Positions 57,193-64,000 of a DNA stretch of 64,000 bases are shown piece by piece. The position numbers and the translations under genes are program-made. Positions within the stretch are counted from its first letter, which is position 1, and each line of letters starts with the position of its first letter. Origin of the DNA: Eutreptiella sp. 'Long Island Sound 2002' (taxonomy: Eukaryota; Protista; Euglenida); NCBI GenBank assembly GCA_964036045.1, contig OZ038378.1, positions 41,230,001 through 41,294,000 on the forward strand, in the 5' to 3' direction. The notes beneath the pieces are model-generated. The model had not been told where the DNA came from. It was given only the letters and a program-made list of their open reading frames with translations, and did no database searches.

Positions 57193-57499
57193 AATGCAAC
57201 ATGCAGCAGTCCCAGTCCTCTCAGCAGTCGTAGCCGCAATGGCAGCCGTCGGTGGCGCAGCCGCAGGCCCCGCGTGGGCCCCAGGCAACAGGGTTCTCTG
57301 TGCACGGGGATCACACCCTGTACACGGCGTTCACCACCGGGCGCGCGTATGACGCGCGCGAACCCTCCCTCTACCCGTGTGTGAGGTGCAACGGCATGCA
57401 CTGGTCGTTCCACCCGTGCCCTACCGGGGCGCAGCAGCCCCCCCAACAGCAGTTGGCCCCTTAGGCACGCCCCCCGCCCCCCAAGCCATTTTGCTGAGG

Positions 57500-58552
57500 G
57501 GGGGAGCCACCCTCCCCGCCTGGCGACCTGCCGCCCTTGGTAACCCGGGGGTGGGGGATGGGGGCAGGGGCACTGCGGCAGAACTCCATGGCCTTGCAAC
57601 ACGGGTCTATGACCTGCGGGCTGCGGATTTCGCGACCGAGCCCCGTGCCCTCACACTGCGGCGATGGGCGGAGAGCACGGTTTTTGCCTAGGCGAGGGAG
57701 CTCAGGGGCGTGGGCTGTGCGGGGCTCCTATATGCGGAGCTGAGGCGTGCCAACGCCCTTGCACGGCACCTGGCGCACCTGGCCGCCATGGGTAAGTCCT
57801 CAGCAGCCTTGCGCGGCACCATATCGGCAATTCGCATGGCCGAAAAGCTCCAGCTCCTGCGGCCCACGATGGGCCCCATCCACTGGGCCATCGCGGCCGG
57901 GGCTGGACGGGCATACAACTCCGAGCCAGGTCAGCAGGTTTGGGGAACCCTGGGCATGCTCCGGGCGATGGCCACGGCACTACGGACCGACACGGATCTA
58001 GCCATGCTCGCCCTCGCTGTCTTCAGTGCCTGTCACGGTCTGCGAGTCGGGGAGGCTGCCAGCATCCGTAGGGCTGACGTCAGCCAAGCAGGCTGGGTCA
58101 GCTTCTACGACCGCAAGACCAAGCGTCGCTGGATCCTCGCCAGGCTGGGAAACTGGGCGGAGCGCTGGCGATAGGCCCCGCTGGCGTGCGGCATGGTACA
58201 GCGCAGGGCTGAGTTCCTTCCCCTCTTCTCCGAGGCAGAGCTCGAGCGCCGCTTGCACTGCTTACTGTTGGGTACACACTGGGTCGGAGTTGACTGGCAC
58301 TGTTGGAGGCGGCTCTCAGCAGCACCCATGGTCGCGCTGGGAGCCCCCATCTCCGCCGTGTGCATCTGGAATCGATGGACGTACCAGCGGCAGGCATGGG
58401 AGTACGCGGTGGCAGGGCCGGACTGGGAGTTCGAGCTCCGAGACCAGGACCCTTGGCCACACCCGGTCGCGGGTGTCACCACGCTGCCCCTGTCCTCCGT
58501 CCAATTCTGGCCTGCTGGCGCTCTCGGGCGGCGCACGGCCCCCGATGCTTAA
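57500..58552 (+). pseudogene. Tyrosine recombinase of element 3 (TAG at 58172-58174)
   Basis: GLRVGEA, YDRKTK, WHCWRR, WNRW and AWEY in the same frame. Confidence 0.92.
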
Positions 58553-59149
58553 AAGGGCCCCTAATATCATCATGGTCGACAGTGATGAAGAAGGCGACGA
58601 CACCGACGATGCGGTATTGGGAGCCCCTGGCACGCATCGTGGAATGGCCCAGAGAGGACGGGAACGACGTGCGCGACATCCGTGCGGCCAGCAACACGCG
58701 ACGCCGGTCCCGCGTGCGCGTACGACTCCGCCTACGCAAGCCCAAGGCCCGCCGGTCCAGCAGCAATGCTTCGTCCGTCGGTCGCTCTTAGCAAGGGACG
58801 GCACGTCCCGCAAGCGGAAACCCTGAGCCGACGCCGCCGCCCTTACCGCCCCAGGAGCAGGCCAGGGGGAGCTGGACCCCGCCCCTGAGCGCCTGTCAAA
58901 GGTGCGGAAAGCCGGTAAGTGAGCACCTCCTCGATGCGGTGGTCCTAACAGCGATCAAGGGGTCTGTGGACCACCATCGGGCGGACAGCCCGCTGCGGAT
59001 GTGGTGGGCGGAGTGGCACCGCTGGGCCCTGGACAGGCCCACAGTGAGTCCCGATGACGAGGCGCTTCTGCATGGCACCCTCGACCACCTGGCGACGCAT
59101 GGCCCGCCGGACGAGGCATCGTCCCCCCAGCTCGGAGATGGCGACGCGG

Positions 59150-60560
59150 TCACCATTGAGCTGGCGGGCTGGGGCCTGGGTCCGGTAGGTTCGGTGCAAA
59201 CCTCTGGGCCCAGTGGGCGGATCCCCACTTCCATAGGGCGGGCGAAGCAGCCCCCACAGAGCCGGAATCATCATGCCCGAAGGTTGCGGCACTGTTGCGC
59301 CGGTTACATGCTGATGGCCTCGTCGACAAATCCCTCTTGTCACCAAATGCCCGGGCCTTTGTTAAATACAAAAGCCTGGCCAAGTGCGCGCTTATTATCG
59401 ACAGGCAGGCATTCAACCGTACTTACTCGTTCAAGGCAAGGCCATTCCGCGTGCCCTCACTTGAGGGCCTCGCAGATTTGCTGCGCTCGTTGCGGGGGGG
59501 GGGGGGGGGGCGTGGCGGGCCAAGATTGATCTAAGCAACTGTTACTGGAGCGTGCACCTCCCCACGGCGATGGCGGGGGCGGTGCGTGTGGCTACAGCAG
59601 GCACCACATATGCGCTGGTTCGTGTGCCATTCGGCTGGCACCAGGCACCTGGCCTGGTGCAGCACCTGATCGCAGCGGTGCTGTCTGAACTGCCTGACAC
59701 ACAGGTAGTCATTGTACAGTACTTGGACGACATCCTTTTTGTAGGATGGGACAGGCAGGTTACCACCCGCGTAGCGCGTGACACGGCGGCGCATCTGGCC
59801 CGCAAGGGCTTCATCGTCAGCCCCAAATCAATGCTTGATGCCACGCAGTCCCTCAGGTGGATGGGCAAGCAGCTCAGCCTGAATCGGTCACGTGTGGCAC
59901 ATAGGCCCGAAGGACTGGCTGACATTGTAGGTCGCATGGTCACTTTCTGCTTGGGCCACTGCACGCGCAAGCCGCTCCAGAGACTTCTGGGGCGCATAGT
60001 TCAGCTGGCCCGCCCGGGTTTCTCCGCGGGATGTTTCCTCGCAGGTGCACGCGCATGGCTTCGTCTGGGTCCGCCTTCTGCCCGTTGCGTTTCGTTTGCT
60101 GTGTGCAGGGGCCTCTTGGTGGCGATCGTTGCGGGGGCACGGAGTGGGAGCCGCAAGCGACTGAAGGGCCGGCAATCCGTGTATACACTGACGCCGCGGA
60201 ATGCCCGCTCACGCCAAGTGGTTTCTTTGTGGGAGTGTGGAGCTCCGAGGGCCCTGCAATCCGCCGGTGCCCCCCATGGGTCAGTAGCCAGCAATCCGCT
60301 AAGCTGTACGCGTTGTGTGTGCGCTTGATGTTCCACGGAGTGCGCGATGCCGGCACGGGGACCTTGTCATGGACAACTTGGGCGCGATAGCCCAAGTCCT
60401 CTGGGGCCGTGCGTCTACGCTGCTGGTGGCCCAGCGACGCATCTTGCGGCGGGTCGCGCACCGGCTGCGCTGGCAGGGGTTGTCGGTGGGGTTGAGGTAG
60501 GTGGAGAGCGCGCTCAACCCGGCGAACTGCGTCAGCTGCTGGTGGGGGGGGGGATATGGT
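59150..60560 (+). pseudogene. RT/RNase H of element 3, frameshifted
   Basis: AFVKYK, KIDLSNCYW, VPFGW, YLDD; RH VYTDAA, QQSAKL, MDN, LNPAN. Confidence 0.93.
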
Positions 60561-61439
60561 GGTGGAGCCCAGGGCCAAGGCACGGGTCTACAGCCAGCGA
60601 CCGGGGCAGGTGTGGGGGACGGTCGGGGATCGGGACAAGCGGTTGCATGTGTGGGATGGTGCGTTTGTCGGGGAGTAGGGAATGTTGTGCTGCCGCACTG
60701 TGTCCAGCCATGTCGTCTCAGCCCCGCCGCTCCGCCTACCGTGCCCCTGACTGTGTCACTCAGGACACGGTGCGGTCCGCGGCGGCAGCCGCGCCCCCGC
60801 CGGCGTGCGACGCTGAGCGGGCAGTGGCAGCAGTGCTGGCCGCCGGTGTACCACCGCTGCCGCCACTACAGCCATATCAGCGGCCTCGGCAGCAGCCTGA
60901 GCGCATGCACGTGCACCTGGCACAAGTGCCCCCAGGACAGGGGTGGAGCGTGACCTGGAGCCGCTGAGAACGTAGCGCCCATGGCGGGAACTGTCGATGC
61001 CGCGAGCGCCGCCTCCTCCGCGAGTTCGCAGAGCCCGCCGCTGCAGTGGCGGCCGTCGATGGGGCCGCCCTACCACCCATGCTGCGTGAGAGCAGCGACG
61101 GGGAGGGCGGGCTGGCCCCCCTCACGCGCCCCTGCCCCGCCGCGACGGACCCCCTGGGCAGCGGCGCCGGGCGGCCGTTGTTTCGTTGCCCGCCCCGCCG
61201 AGCCGTGCACCCAGCGCCGCGGGCTACGCCGCGGACAAGTCCTCTGTCCAGTCCGGTTCGGTGTGGTCGGACTTCTTCAGTCCTGGGAGCATGCCGTGAG
61301 CGCTGCCAGTGCCGGTGTGTGCAGTTGCCGCCGGTGCGTGGGTCTGTGGCAGGCCTGCTTCAATTTGGCTTGGGTTTGGAAACCCGGTGTGCCCCCTCTT
61401 CGCCTGCCCGCACAGGCCTACAATCGCGCTGGACCTGGG

Positions 61440-62600
61440 CGCTGCGGCATGGGCGTGGGAGCCCACTGGACGAGTCCGGGCATGCATGGCCGGCAGTGCG
61501 TTGTTGAGCCTGGGGAGTTGCCGCTGGAACCCCCGAGATGCGCCCTAGGGTGCGTGTGAGTCTGGGTGCCTCGCCTGTGACCGCTGTGTGTGGGCGGCCC
61601 GACCGCCCTGCTTTGTGTATTGTGGAACAGCGTGCCGGTGAGCGCTCGGCCCTGTTTGGGTACAAGTGTGGGGCCTTGTGGGTGAGCACATGCACACGCG
61701 GTTTTCGGGCATGTGCACAATGGTCGGAGCGAGGAAGCCCGCTGAACCCAGGCTGCTACTTGGCGTGCCCCGGCTGTACGTGCTCGTGTGTGTACACTTG
61801 CGCGTGACCGCATTGGCTCTGGTGAATAGGTATAACTGACTCTGCGCTTGCTCCCTCGAGCCATGGTCGGCGGATCAGTATGCATCGGCATGGGCGTCGG
61901 AGCCCGCTCGCTCCTGTGTGCGCCCTCGGGCTTTTGCCTGCATTTGACGTGACGCGGTGTGTCTGCTTCTCTCCTGCTTCCTAACGTGCCCCGGCTGTAC
62001 CAGGGCGGGGGGCGGGGGGGCGGCAGCAGCAGCGTGTCTGTGTGAGAGCGCGTGAACGCAATGGCGCTGGTGGGATGATGTATATATGTTTCGTTTCTGG
62101 GTGTGCTCCATTTGGGCCTGGCGCGCAGACTGGGCGTGGGAGCCCGCTTGCTCCCGCGCACGCCCTGGTGCTCTTGCTGCATGTTTGTCCCTGCTCGGCC
62201 GCTGGGTCTGGGCACGCGCTCTGTGATTTGAGGCTGCAGGCCGGTGAGCGCCGAGTCCCGTTCGGGGCACAAATGTGGGCCCCCTGCGCATAGGGACGCA
62301 AACGCAAGCAGGTGCACCCCAGTCTTCCGGTCTGGGTTTGATGGTCTGCTTTTCTTGTAACCCATTTGCAGCAGCCGCGGCGTGGGAGCCCGTTGGACTC
62401 GGGCGGTTGCCTGGTATGCCGCGGTTGTGCCCGCACGTGTGTGTCTCTGCACGTGAACGCGTTGGCTCTGGTGGGTATGTATATATGACTCCGGGCCTGC
62501 TCCGTCGACCCAAAGACGGCAGATCAGTATGCAACAGCCTGGGGCGTGGGAGGCCGCTTGCTCCCCACCTAGCGTTTGCCTCGACGCGGTGTGTCTCCAT
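61440..62600 (+). repeat. Degenerate tandem repeats in the 3' region of element 3
   Basis: GTGGGAGCCCGCT(T/C)G-like motif near 61455, 61900, 62137, 62382 and 62546; 61800-61980 resembles 62450-62600. Confidence 0.7.
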
Positions 62601-63801
62601 TTTTGTAGCAGGTGAGTATGTAAGCCAGCCACCTGCCAGCCAGCATATATCTCAGCCCGACCGCGGCGTGGTTTGGCACCACTGGTGCGTTTGCACGTCC
62701 CCTGAGCCTGTGTTGACAGACAGGCAGTTCGGATGGGGGGGGGGTGTGCAACAGGCATGGTTATTTTTCCCTTGAGCATCAGTCAGGTGTTTCTGTGGTC
62801 TATGCATGCCTGCATGGGACAGGGCGGACAGTGCAGGTCAGGAGGACAGGGCTACAATACAAGCAAAACCTAGGTTAGCAATAACCAAGGTTTTGCCACA
62901 GGGGGGGAGGAGGGACTGACCTGCCACTTTTCGGGACATACCAGCCAGCTACCCCCGTGTTTCAGTGAAGTGTTCCTTCGTTGTTGGGGACCAGATTCCG
63001 TTGGCCCGCACGGGCGTGTTTATGTGGCGCCCAGTAAAGGCCGGTTGGCTAGGCGCAGCGCTGTCATCAGGTTCTTGGGTAACCCAGACAGCAGCACCCT
63101 TGAGTATCAGTCAGGTGTTTCTGTGTTTTGTGCTTGCCTGCATGGGACAAGGCGGGACAATGTAGGTCAGGGGGACAGGGCTACAATACAAGCAAAACTG
63201 CCCAAGGATGGGGTGAATACCCATGTCAGTGGGGCCGGTCGGAAGTCTCTGATGTTCCCGCTGGTGGTTGTGGCGACGGGTGTTTGTTGATGTTGTCCGC
63301 ATATCATACGTGTAACGCACTTGACCATCACGGTAGAGGGCGCCGGTTGGAGTCTCGCGGTGTAGGCGTAGATGCCGCCGGGGTTCTTTATTTGTCTTCA
63401 TCGCACGGACTGCGCAGTTGTATTTTCTTCGAGTGGTTCTCTATGGGGGAGGGTCTCCTAGCTTGCCCAACCCGCCACCACCGCGCTTTGCTTGGCTGCG
63501 ATCCACAAGAGATCCAGTGTGCCCAGGCCGGTTCATGTTTTACGTGGTTACACTCTCGGCGGGAGGGACACCCAAGCTTGCCCAACCTTCCCACGCCGTG
63601 CTTCGCTTGGGCGCGATCCACAAGTTATCAAGTGTGCATTTTTGCAGTTGTGTTCTACTCCATTGCTGTTGTATTTGTCCATACATTTGTGGCATGGAAC
63701 ACAACACTGTGTCTATGAACGTCCCCTTTCAACTCATTTGTGCGGAGCCGGATCCTGTGAGCGGGGGTACCCGGTTAGCCAGGTATTCGTCTCTATGGCA
63801 G

Positions 63802-64000
63802 CAATGCACATAACTCCTTGCATTATTTGTGGTTCGTCCTTTCGAAAAATGATTGTGCTGTGTCTCGTTGACTTTATTTGGACTAGTATAATGCCTTGTG
63901 TGCCCGGCCTTTCCAAAATTTAATGCACACAACTCCTTGTATCATGTGTCGTGCGACCATTCGAAAAGTCATTGCCCTGTGTTTTGTTGACTCTCTCATA
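63802..64000 (-). repeat. Satellite resumes (inverted orientation), running off the window
   Basis: Same subunit cores as 55104-55570. Confidence 0.9.

Larger units (their letters stand above)
55799..57464 (+). pseudogene. gag of element 3 (CCHC knuckle plus second Cys/His knuckle), split by MITE 2
   Basis: CFKCGLHGHWAREC (CX2CX4HX4C). After MITE removal the frame continues ECN-MQQSQ...CVRCNGMHWSFHPC with one TAG at 57231. Confidence 0.88.
55637..63198 (+). mobile_element. YR retrotransposon 3, full length, split direct repeats
   Basis: A1 55637-55770 ~ A2 62869-63002 (134 bp, roughly 90% identical); B1 62769-62869 ~ B2 63097-63198. gag, YR and RT/RH lie inside. Confidence 0.93.

Noticed and set aside
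1-64000. Abundant G/C homopolymer runs as a designed G-quadruplex system
   Set aside because: They are scattered through all element types, their lengths are error-prone in long-read assemblies, and no regular spacing was evident outside the MITEs.
1-64000. tRNA, rRNA or snRNA genes
   Set aside because: No cloverleaf, A/B-box pair or rRNA signature recognised by eye; a tRNAscan or Infernal run would be needed to exclude them formally.

Overview
This is GC-rich eukaryotic nuclear DNA, almost certainly from a euglenid: two near-perfect copies of the Euglena-type spliced-leader (SL) exon lie at 12480-12540, and TTAGGG-type repeats are present. The window is a nested transposable-element graveyard. 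I cannot support any housekeeping gene, rRNA, tRNA or CRISPR array. Main contents: (1) three divergent tyrosine-recombinase (YR) retrotransposons with gag-YR-RT/RNase H order (VIPER/TATE-like). Two of them have split direct repeats A1...B1A2...B2 (26026-31770 and 55637-63198); the first is a clean insertion into a LINE with a 3-bp ATC overlap. (2) Two non-LTR (LINE) remnants, one APE-RT-RNase H and one 5'-truncated. (3) Two TIR DNA-transposon remnants and a further transposase fragment. (4) Two related MITEs with 8-bp TSDs that carry telomeric repeats. (5) Short retroposed insertions with TSDs. (6) A satellite with an ~181-bp unit that flips orientation. The most notable observation links three things. 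An uncharacterised domain (LTM-x12-LxG[KR]xxL[IV]) occurs in the accessory ORF of one YR element, and that ORF follows a textbook splice acceptor. The same domain occurs in an ORF preceded by tandem SL relics and in 5'-truncated dispersed copies. This suggests a trans-spliced subgenomic retroelement mRNA that is itself retroposed (inference). All alignments were done by eye and no database search was possible. Frameshifts in G/C homopolymers may be sequencing artefacts.
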